Source of the DNA: Mobula hypostoma
Taxonomy: Eukaryota
Length of the DNA: 64,000 nt
Reading direction: 5' to 3'
Assembly (NCBI RefSeq): GCF_963921235.1
Contig: NC_086101.1
Span: forward strand, 15,996,001 to 16,060,000
The notes below the pieces were generated by a model. That model was given only the letters and a program-made list of their open reading frames with translations, made no database searches and was not told where the DNA came from. Below are positions 39,401-51,400 of the stretch, piece after piece; within the stretch, counting starts at the first letter, position 1, and each line of letters begins with the position of its first letter. A program made the translations under genes and the position numbers.

Positions 39401-42400
39401 TGATAAGTGTGTGATCTCCAGCCAGTCACCCCAATGTAATTCTTGTTATCTGTAGTCTCCCATCTACATTCAGCGATGGTCAGCCGGTCCCGTTGGTGAT
39501 GACACTGGAAGTGAAGGCAGGAAATCGGACAGGGCTCCACGAGTAGAAAGTTGATGGGGGAGGGTGGGTATTAGTGGTTGGTAATAAGCTCAGTATTGTC
39601 TCGGGCTGGGAAACCACTCACGTGTGTGACTCACTGTCAGCCATACTCCTTCTCCGATTTCCTCACCAATCCCGTCTATCCGTACTTTGCAGTAGTACAT
39701 TCCGGAATCGCTCTCTCTCACATCCACCAGCTTTATGGAAGCTTTGAAGGAATCCTCCTGGTCAGGCCCAAGGACGCGCCCTGCATACTCTGCCGTCCTG
39801 TTGGAGACTTCGGATGTGTTCCGGTACCAGCTGTAGAACACAATGTCTCCGGAGTGATTGGCATTATGGCTACAGACCATGAGGACCGTTTCACCCACAC
39901 CTACAAATATACTGGACTGGCCTTGTGTAACCGTGAAGCTCTTGCTTTTTCCTGCAATGGGAAAAGAGAAAGTCAATGCTTCCCATTTAGAAATTGGCCA
40001 TTGGGGTGAGAATTAAGGCCCAGTGTTAAAGACTGGACACATTCAACATTTGAGATTGTTTGTTGTCAATCGTCAGTACAACAGCTTGAAGGAGGATGAA
40101 ATCAGAGTTTCTTCAGTTCTGATGCAGCATTAAAATGAGACAATAAGCATAAAAACAAAAGACGTTTATAAATACACACCCATTCTATAAAACACAATGT
40201 ACAAGTAACTGTAAAGTGACAGTGCATGGGAAGGGTGCTGAGGGCTGTGGAGAGGAGTGGCTGATGTGGATGTAGTGGTGGTGGGGTGGGTTAATGATGG
40301 AGGTGTTGGTCAACCTGATACAATTGGATGAAGTGTCTGTTTTTGAGTCTGGTCCATGATGGTGGATATGCCGATACCGAGGTTGTGTTCTGCATTTTGA
40401 AGGGCTCATATGACAAGCTCTTCATTGGCTTGTCATATGAAGATTATTTGATGGCTCTGGGTCTGTATTCGCTGGAATTCAGAACAAGGGGTGACCTCAT
40501 TGAAACCTATCGAATAGTGAAAGGCCTTGATAGAGTGGATGTGGGGAGGATGTTCCTATGGAGGACGAGTCTAAGACCAGAGGACACAGACTCAGAACAG
40601 AGGGGCGTCCTTTTTTGAATGGAGCTGAGGAGAAGTTTCTTCAGCCATTGAGTGGTTAATCTCTGGGATTTGTTGTCACAGACAGCTGTGGAGGCCAAGT
40701 GTTTATGTCAATGATTTCCGTTTGGAAGTTGGCTATTGGGGTGAGAATTAAGGCCCAGTGTTAAAGATCGGATGCATTCAACATTCAAAATTGTTTGTTG
40801 TCAATCGTCAGTACAAGAGTTTAAAGAAGGATGAAATCATTGTTCATTTTTTTTTAAATAATTATTTCTGTTTTTGCACAATTTTTAAATTTAACTATTT
40901 AATATACATATAAATAAATAAACACACACACACACACACACACACACACCACACCACACACATACACGCACACTCAGACTTATACTGTAATTGACCTATT
41001 TATTTATTATTTTTTTCTATATTATCATGTACTTATTGCATTGTATTGCTGCTTAAGTGAACAAATTTCACGATATATGCCGGTGGTTTTAAACCTGTTT
41101 CTGGTCCTGATCCTGTCATCAGTAGGAGTTGGAATTGGGGATAGAATCTTAGAAAGATTGAGGTGGTAAAACGTGAGCAGAAATATTTTAACGAAGAGTG
41201 TGATTGGTCTATGGACAGGACAGTTGGGCAGTTACTATTTTAAATATGTTATACAGTACTGTACAGGAACTGGCCCTTCGGTAAACAATGTTGTGCCAAA
41301 CTAGTTGGTGACCAGATGTACAATTAAACTCACCCTTCCCAACATAATGTCCGTATCCCTCATTTCCTGCACATCCATGTGCCTGTTTAAGAGCCTGTTG
41401 AATGCCTGATTGCATCTGTCTGTGAAAAACACTTGCCCGCACTTCTCCTTTGAACATACCCCCTCTTACTTTAAATTCATGCCCTCTGGAATTGGACATT
41501 TTTCCCCTGTGACAATGATATCAATTGTCTTCTCTGTCTGTGTCTCTAATAAACTATAAACCTCTATCAACTCAGAGGCTTCAGCGGCAGCGGAAGACAG
41601 GCGGAGCACCACCAAACGTGATGAGTTCCTTCTCCTTGTGTGGGGAATTTTTCTTAATTTTTAAACCATAAAAGAGAGATCGGGTCCAGAGGAGTGGTCA
41701 TCATCAGAGTGGGACGAGAAGAGGCTGAGGCCAAAGAAACAGGGAGGAAGGGTAGGTTTTTCCCTTTCGTTATTGCGAATTTGGTCTTGGCGGCCCATAG
41801 TACATTGCAGGCAGGATGGCAGATATGGTTGTGGAATGCTGCTCCTGTAAGATGGGGATTCATGGAACCTGATGGTCTCACTGATGACTACACCTGTGAG
41901 AAGTGCAGCCAACTCCAGCTCCTGAAAGACCACATTAAAGAGCAGGAGCTGGAGTTGGATAAACTAAGGATCATCTGGGAGGGAGGTAAGCTGATAGATA
42001 AGAGTTTTGAGCAGATCTTTACATCCAGAGTGCATAATTCAGGGAGTAGATGGGTGAACACTGAAAAGATAAAGGGAGAAAGATGTCATTGCAGCGCCCC
42101 CCTGTGGCCATTCCCCTCAGCAACAGGTATACCCCTTTCGATACTGCTGAGGGGGCTGACCTCCCTGGGTAAGGCAGCAGCAGACAGACCAAAAGCACTG
42201 TAATCGGCTCTGAGCCTCAGAAGAGTAGGGTGAAGTCAGGCGAAGCAATAATCATAGGGGACTTGATAGTTAGGGGGCAAATAGGAGACTCGGTGGCAGC
42301 AAAAGAGACGCCAGGACAGTGTGTTGTCTTCCAGGTGCTAGAGTGCAGGATGGCTCTGAGCGGTTGCAGAATATTCTTGAAGCGGTTGGTGAGCAGCTGG

Positions 42401-45400
42401 AGGTCATGGTACATGTTGGATCAATGACATAGGCAGGAGAGTGGTAGCGGTCATGTGCAGTAAGATTAAGAAGTTAGGAAGAAGGCTGAAGAGCAGGACT
42501 TCCAACGTCCTCTGGATTACTCCCTGTGCCACGAGCTGGGGAGGGACAGGAGGACAGTGCAGAAGAATGAATGGCTGAGGAGATGGTACAGGGAGTAGAG
42601 TTTCCAGTTCTTAGATCATTGGAATCTTTCTGGGGAAGGGGTGACCTGTACAAGTAGGACGGATTGCACCTGAACTGCAAGGCAACTAATATTCTGGGAG
42701 AAGGTTTGCAAGTGCTGTTGGTGAGGGTTTAAACGAGACTTGAAGGGGGTGGAACTGAAGTGAAAAGGCAGGGGATGGGGTGGTTGGTGCACAAGTCGAG
42801 ACAGCTTGCAGGGAGTTTGTGAGGAAGGACAGGCAGATGATAGAGCAAAGATGCACTCAGTCAGATGTTTTGAAATGCAAAGAATATCATAAATAAGGCG
42901 GATAAACTTGGGGAGTGGATCAATAATGGAACTATAACGTTGTGTACATTACAAAGGGATTTGGCTGTCTCAAGGGCAGGAATGACTACTGAGCGTGTCG
43001 GGCTTTAGATGATTCAAAACGAATGGAGAGGTGTCGGTGTGGCATTGCTAATTAGGGATATTGTCACGGCTGCAGAAATGGATGAAGTAGTAGAGGTATT
43101 CTCTCCTGAGTCAGTGTGGTGCAAGTCAGAAACGGAAAGTGGGCAATAGCTCTGCTGGGTGTTTTTATAGATCCCCAGTAGTAACAGAGACATGGAGGAG
43201 CAGATAGGGAGGCAGATTGTGGAATGGAATAATGATAATAGGGTTGTTGTGATGGGTGATTTTAACATCCTAACATTGACTGGCATCTCCTTAGAGCAAG
43301 GGGTTTGGATGCGGTAGTTTGTTAGGTATGTTCAGGAAGGTTTCCTGATGCAATATGTAGAAACATCAACCAGAGGAGAGGCTGTACTTGATCTGGTATT
43401 GGCAAACGAACCTGGTCAGGTGACAGAACTCTCGGAGGGAGAACACTTCGGAGGTAGTAATCGCAACTCTATCTCCTGTCCCATAACACTGCTGAGGGGA
43501 ATACCATCAGTGGCAAGGGCTGCATACCATCGCAGTCTTCAAAGCCAAACTTTGTGGTACCGCCAACATCGCGGACTCTCTCCCAGAAGAGCTCAATCGC
43601 CTTTATGCTCGGTTCGATGTCACTAACTCTGAGTTCCGAGGAAAGCCACCGCTACAACCTGTAACCTGGTCATCTCTGAGGCTGAGGTACACAGACGTTT
43701 CCAACCAGTTGACAGTCGCAAGGCTGCGGGACTGGAAGGCAACCCAGGGCGAGTACTTAGTATGTGCACTGCACAACTGGCAGGTGTGTTTACTGATACT
43801 TTTAATCTCTCCCTCTCCCAGTGTAGAGTGCCCTCCTGCTTCAAATTACCTACCATTCTCCCTGTACCAAAAAAGACCAAGGTAACATACCTGAATGACT
43901 AGCGTCCTGTCACACTCACCTCAATAGTAAGCAAATGCTTTGAGAGGCTGGTCAAGGATTACATCTGCAGCATGCTACCACCCACACTGGACTGCCTATG
44001 ATTCACTTACTGACACAACCAATCGACAGATGACGCAATAGCCACAGCTCTACATGCCGTCCTTATACATCCGAAGAAGATGGATTCTTAAGTGTGAATG
44101 CTGTTCTTGGACTACAGCTCAGCATTCAACACCATAGTTCCATCCAGGCTCGACAAGAAGCTCAGAGACCTCGGCCTTGACCCTGCCTTGTGTAGCTGGA
44201 TCCTGGACTTCCTGTCAGATCGCCAGCAGGTTGTAATAGTGGGCTCCTTCACCTCCAACCCTCGACTCTCAATATAGGTGCCCCTCTGGGCTGTGTCCTT
44301 AGCCACCTCCTTTACTCCCTGTATACCCGTGTCTGTATCGCCACGCATAGCTCCAATCTGCTAATTAATTTTGCTGACGACATTACACTGATTGGCCTTA
44401 TCTCAAACCATAATGAGGTGGCCTACAGGGAAGAAGCCATCTCTCTGACACAGTGGTGTCAAGAAAACAACCCTCTCCCTCAATGTCGCATAAACAAAGG
44501 AGCTGGTTGTCGATTGCAGGAGGAATGGAGAGGGGCTAACCCCTATTGACATCAATGGATCTGGGGTTGAGAGGGTAAACAACTTCAAGTTCCTCGGCAT
44601 CCACATCACCGAGGACCTCACGTAGTCTGTACATACCAGCAGTGTGGTGAAAAAGGCACAACAGCGCCTCTTTCACCTCAGACGGTTGAGGAAGTTTGGT
44701 ACGGACCCCCAAACCCTTAAAACTTTCTACAGGAGCACAACTGAGAGCATCCTGACTGGCTGCATCACTGCCTGGTATGGGAGCTGTACCTCCCTTAATT
44801 GCAGGACTCTGTAGAGAGTGTTGAGGACAGCCCAGTGCATCAGTAGTTGTGAACTTCCCATGATTCAGGACATTTACAAGGTCAGGTATGTATAAAAGGG
44901 CCCATAGGATCATTGGGGACCCATGTCATCCCAACCACCATCTATTCCAGCTGCTACCATCCGGGAAGCGGGACTGCAGCATAAAAGTCAGGACCAAAAG
45001 ACTCCGGAACAGCTTCTTCCATGAGGCCATCAGACCGATGAACTCACACTGATTTGAGTGTACTCTATATTACACTGACTGTTCTACTTATTATAAATTA
45101 TTATAAATTACAATGATTGCACATTTTATGGAGACGTAATGTAAAGATTGTTACTCCTCATGTATCTGAAGGATGTAAGAAATAAAGTCAATTCAATTCA
45201 CTGGAGAGGGATGGATAAGAGCAGACAATTTGTAAAAGCATTTAATTGGGGTAAGGGGAAATATGAGGCTATTATGCAGAAACTTGGGAACATAAATTGG
45301 GAGCAGAAATGTGGCAAATGTTCAGGGAAATTTTGCATGGCATTCCGCATAGGTATGTTCCATTGAGGTAGGGAAAGGATAGTGGGGTTAAAAAATCATG

Positions 45401-48400
45401 TTGTACAAAGGATGTAGAAAGTCAAGATAAGAATAAAAAAAGAGCTTACAAAAGGTTCAAGAAACTAGGTACTGCTAGAACTCTGGAAAATAACAAGGTT
45501 GCCAGAAAGGAGCTGAAGAATGAAATTATGAGAGTGAGAAGGGGCAATGAAAAGGACTTGGCGAGTAGCGTTAAGGAAAACCCCAAGGCATTCTACAAGT
45601 GTGTGAAGGGCAAGAGGATGAACTGTCTGAGAATAGGACCAATCAAGTGCGATAGTGGAAACGTGTGCATGGATTCGAAGGAGGAAATGGTGGTACTTAA
45701 TGAATACTTCTCTTCAGTATTCACCAGTGAAATGAACCTTGGCAATTATGGGGATGACTTCCAGCTGACAGAAATGTTTGAGCATATAGACATAAAGAAA
45801 GAGGATGTGCTGGAGCTTTTGATAAGTATTAATTTATTTAAGTTGCCACGACCAGACGAAATATACCCCAGGCAACTGTGGAAAGTAAGGGAGGAGATTT
45901 CTGAGTCTCATCATCAAAAAGAATGGGAAAAGTACTAAAAGATTAGACGGTCGCAAATGTTGTTCCCCTTTTCAAGAAAGGGAGTAGAGTTGACCCAGGA
46001 AAATATAGACCAGTGAGTCTTGGTGGGAAAGTTGTTGGAGAAGATCCTGAGAGGCAAGATCTATGAGCATTTGGAGAGACATAATCTGATTAGGGATAGT
46101 CAGCATGGCTTTGTCAAGGGCAGGTCATGTTTGACAAGCCTGATTGAATTCTTTGAGGATGTAACAAAACACGTTGATGAAGATAGAGCAGTGAGTGTAG
46201 TGTATATAGATTTCAGCAAGGCATTTGATAAGGTTCCACATGCAAGGCTTCTTCAGAAAGTAAGGAGGCATGGGATCCAAGGAGACCTTGCTTTGTGAAT
46301 CTAGAATTGGTTTGCCCAGAGAAGGTCAAAGGTGGTTGTAGATGGTTCGTATTCTACATGGAGGTCGGTGCCAGTGGTGTTCCGCAGGGATCTGTTATGG
46401 GACCCCTCATCTTTATGATTTTAATAAACGACCTGGATGAGGAAGTGGAAATGTGGGTAGGTAAGTTTGCTGATGACACAAAAGCTTGGGGTGTTGTGGA
46501 TAGTCTGGAGGTTTGTCAGAGGTTACAGCGGGACATCGATAGGATGCAGAAATGGTTGAGAAATGGCAGCTGGAGTTGAACCCAGGTAAGTGTGAAGTAG
46601 TTCATTTTAGTAGATCAAAACTGAAGACAGAATAAAATATTAATGGGAAGACTCTTGGCAGTGTGGAGGATCTGAGAGATATTGGGGTCCGTGTCCATAG
46701 GGCACTCAAAGCCGCTGTGCAGGTTGACGATGTTGTTAAGAAGGCATATGGTGTGTTGGCCTTCATTGACCACGGAATTAAGTTCAAGAGCTGTGAGGTA
46801 ATGTTACAGGTATATAAAACATTGGTTAGACTCCACTTGGAATACTGTGTTCAGATACTGTTGAGAGAGTGCAGAGGAGAATTACAAAGATGTTGCCTGG
46901 ATTGGAGAGCGTACCTTATGAGAATAGGTTGAGTGAACTTAGCCTTTTCTCCTTGGAGCAATGGAGGATGAGAGGTGACCTGATAGAGGTATATAAGATG
47001 ATGAAGGGCATTTATCATGTGGATAGCCAGAGGCTTTATCCCAGGGTTGAAATGGCTAACACAAGGGGGCATAGTTTTAAGGTGCTTTGAAGTAGGTATG
47101 CGGGGATGTCAGATGTAAGTTTTCCACACAGAGAGTGGTGGGTGTGTGGAATGCTCTTGAGCGACTGTGCTAGAGGAGGATACAACAGGATCTTTTAAGA
47201 GACTTTTAGATAGGTAGATGGAGCTCAGAAAAATAGAGGGCTATGTGGTAGGGCAAATCTAGGCAGTTTCTAGAGTAGAGTACATGGTCGGCACAACATT
47301 GTGGGTCGAAGGGCCTGTAACAAGCTGTTGGTTTCTATGCTCTATGTCTCTTTTCAGTTTCTCCTTCTCCAGTGAAAACAACCCATGTTCGTCCACCCTT
47401 TCCTAATAACACCTGCCCTCTAACCCCGTCAGAATCCTGGCAGATATCTTCTGCACCTTCTCCACAACCTCATCATCTTTTCTAAATTGGGATGACCAGA
47501 ACCACATGCAAACTACATAATTATATAAAGCTGCAATGCAGCTTCCCAACGCTTGATCTCATTTCTTTGAATAATGAAGACAAATGTGCCATGTGCCTTC
47601 TTTCCACCTTATCAACATACGTGGCCACTTTCAGAGTGCTTTGAACCTGGACCCCAAGATCCTTCTGCTTATTGATTCTGTTCAGGATCTTGCCAGTAAC
47701 GGCTCACTGTGTGTATACATTTGAATAATGTTAGTGTTCAAGAGGGAACTGGGCAGCATCGGACTCGGAAGGGTTTGCGAAGCTCTGGAGAAAAGCTGGA
47801 GAATAGAATTGCTGCTGCATGGACAGAATGGACTGAATGGCCCCTTTTGAAAGGACAGCTGCTCATCTCCCTGCCCAGATGCTGCCTAACCTGCCATGTT
47901 CCTCCAGCATTCTGCTTCCTTTGCTCCAGGTTCCAGCATCTGCAGCCTCTTTGGAATTGGTTTCAGTTTATTATTGTCCCATATAATGACGTTCAGTGAA
48001 AAACTTGTCTTGCATACTGCTCATTCAGATCAACTCACTACTCAGCACAATGAGGTAGTACTAGGTGAAACAATAGCAGAATGAAGTGCACCAGTGACAG
48101 AGAAGAACAATGTAGGTAGACGGGTGTCATAACGAGGTAAGTTGTGAGGTCAGGAGCCCATCTGATCATAGCAGGGAACCAGTTAATAGTCTTATCACAG
48201 TGGAATAGAAGCTGTCCTTGCGCCTGGCGGTTCGTGCTTTCAGGCTTTTGTATCTTCTTGTCATAATGTGGGCGTTAATGGCGGACTCAACTGCAAGACA
48301 CGGACACTGAAGTACTGGGAACTGGACTGGACTACAGTTAGGGACGTGACTGGACACAGATTAGGAGCTGGGATAGGAACACAGACATCGGCTAGGACTT

Positions 48401-51400
48401 TGGCTGGGAAAGCGGGACCAGGACAAGGAACTGGGAACTAGGAGCTTGGGTTTGGACTCCGAGCCAGAGACAGGACAAGGACCCCGAACCTGGGTCTTGA
48501 CTCGGGCTCGGACCCCCGGAACTAGGCAAGGACATGACGTGGCTATAGACCTGGACATGGCTTGGGTCCTTCGAGGCTTCACTACAGGACTAGAGAGCTT
48601 CTTGTTCCTCGAGTCTTGGCTACAGGACTAGACGAGGCTTGGGTTCTTCGAAGCTTGGCTACAGGACTAGACGAGGCTTTGGTTCTTCCAGGCTTGGCTA
48701 CAGGACTAGACGAGGCTTGGGTTCTTCGAGGCTTGGGTATGGTCTCCGAGCCAGAGACTAGGCAAGGACTCAGAACCTGGGTCTTGACTCGGGCTCGGAC
48801 TCCGGAAGTAGGCAAAGACATGACGTAGCTACAGGACTGGACAAGGCTTGGATTGAGGAGCTCCCGGGCAGGACGAGGAGCTCCTGGGCAGGACGAGGAG
48901 CTCCTTCTTGTAACGCAGGGCTGGGCCCCTTCCTTGGACGCCGATCCGGGATGCTTACTAGGATGCGGGACTGGGATGACTGCCGAGGTAAACCACCGAG
49001 GAAACAATCAGGGATTCAGATGGAGAGGGGAAGGGAACAAACCAGCCTCAGGGTAACGGCAAAGACGACCTGACTTACCCAAACGGAGGCGAGGACAGGA
49101 AGGGACAGATCCAACCGCAGGGTAAAGGCAAGGACAGCCTGACTTACCCCACGGAGGGAAGGACAGAAAGGGAGCTCATTCTGGGGTGGCTCTGAGTCTC
49201 GGAGCGGCCAGCAACCTTGGCTGGCTACGGAAACAGCCGAATCTATATCCAGTTTGGAGCGGCAGACGGCCGCTCAGCTGGCCCCGGAAACGGCCGAATC
49301 CATACCACGGTGACTGCTCCGACTAGAGACAACAAGGCTCCATGAAGCGGTGGTCTTCCAACCAGCCCTGGAGATCAGGAATGACTGCTCTAGCTGTCCT
49401 CTGGCGGGTTGCTCCAAGGGGATACTGACGAGATGAACCAGTCCCCACACTCGATGCCAGGGCCACTTACAGTCCCAGCTGCAAGACGAGCATCAGGTGC
49501 CTATGATTAAGCCCAACTGAAACAAGGGACAGCAGAAAGACCAGGAGTCGGGAGTCCACGGGCCGGACCGCTAACCCGAATGGGGACTTCATGGACTGGA
49601 CCATGACACTTCTGTCCATTAGGAGAAGGAAGAAGAGAGAATGTCTCAGGTGGGTGGGGTCTTCGATTATACTGGCTGTTTTACTGAGGCCTGAAAAAGT
49701 CAGTAGACAGAGTCCATGGAAGGAAGGTTTGATTTGGGAACACACCCTCCCCTTTTTCTGTGCTGAATCTCTTTTGTTATTCTCCTGTTGGTGAAATACT
49801 AACAATAAAAATTAAAAGCCTGCAGATGCTGAAATCTGCGGTAAAAACTGGGAATGCTGGAAATATTCAGCAGGTCAGGCAGCATCTGCAGGATGAGAAG
49901 CAGAATGAATGTTTGAAGTGAAAGATCATTCCTCAGAACTGGGTAAAAAAAAAAGGTTGTTTACAAGATTCTTCTTTTTTTTCGCTTCCCTGCTCTGAGG
50001 ATGGGTCGCTGACTTAAACATTTAACTGCTTCTCTCTCCGCAGTGGCTGACTGACCTGCTGAGTGTTTCCATCATTTTCCTGCCTTGGCCAAATTCTGTT
50101 TGGGTGGTGGGTCTGATTCGCACGGACAAGGAGATACTTGATGGTTGACTTACCTCTCACTGTGAGATACGTCCCCGCCCCATACATTTCCAATTCCATT
50201 GTCTTCAACTTGCAGAAGTACATCCCAGAATCACTCGGCCGCCCGTACTTCAGTCGCAGAGAAACGTCTATGCTGTTAGTGGAGGGTTCACCCCCTTCAA
50301 ATCTGAGGAACCGGCCTCTGTACTCTGCTGTTTCATTGGTCACTTCTGTTCCATTTCGGGCTCCCTTGAACCAGTGGTATGACCATATCTTACTCGTGGA
50401 ATTGTGTCTGCATGGAATAACCACCGTCTCCCCTTCTGTGGCAACAATGCTGGACTTGTCCTGAATCACCACAAACTTCTCAGCACCAATGCCTGAAAGC
50501 AGGGAGCAAACTTTAAAATGGGTAAATTGGTTTATTATGGTCACATGTACTGAGGTACAGTGAAAAACTACGTTTTGTCTGCCATCCATACAGATCATTT
50601 CATCACATCGATTCGTGAGTTAGTGCAAAGAAGGAACAATAGCAGAATGCGGAATAAAGTGTTACAGTTACAGAGAAAGTGCGGCTCGGAGCCTGGAAAG
50701 AGAGAACAAAGGAGAATCAGAGCATAGTTCATTGAAAGCGGCAGACAGGTAGTGAAGAAGATGTTTAGTACGCTGATCGCTCAGTCAGAGCTTTCCGGAT
50801 CGGAGTCTAGAAGTTATGTTTCTGTTGTACAAGTCGTTGGTGCCGTTGCATGTGGAATATTTTGTAGAGAATTGGCCATCCTATTATAGATGTTACTAAT
50901 TAGAAAGCATGCAGGAAAAAAAATCACCTGGATATCGTCTGAATCTGGGGGTCTGAGTTACAAGGAGAGGTTACATAGACCAGGACCTTATTCTCTGGAA
51001 TGTAGGAGATTGAGGGGTGACCTGATGCAACACAATAAGGGACATAGATAGTCGGAAAGCACCATTTTTCCACCCGGGGGGGTGGGGGGTGGCGGGGTTG
51101 CTCAAAACAAGAGGACATAGGAGAGTTTTAACATCGATGTTAGGACAATTTCTTCACGCAAATTGTGTTACGTGTTTGAAATGAGCTGAGAGAAATGGCG
51201 TTTGCGGTGAATAAATTACCAATATTTTAAAGCCTTCCAGATAAGTACATGAATAGGGGAGGTGTAGGGGGCAGTGGGCCAAACGCGGGCAGATGGGACT
51301 ACTTCGCTGGGCAACACGGTCGGCATGGAGGGGAATAAACAGATGACGTTTCGGGCTGAGACCCTTCATCAGGATTGGAAAGGAAAGAGGGAGAAGCGAG

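Noticed and set aside
39622-50492. Rearranging TCR or Ig V gene segments
   Set aside because: The J-like motif is already joined in the germline, each V exon ends in a normal splice donor, and no heptamer-spacer-nonamer RSS is evident.
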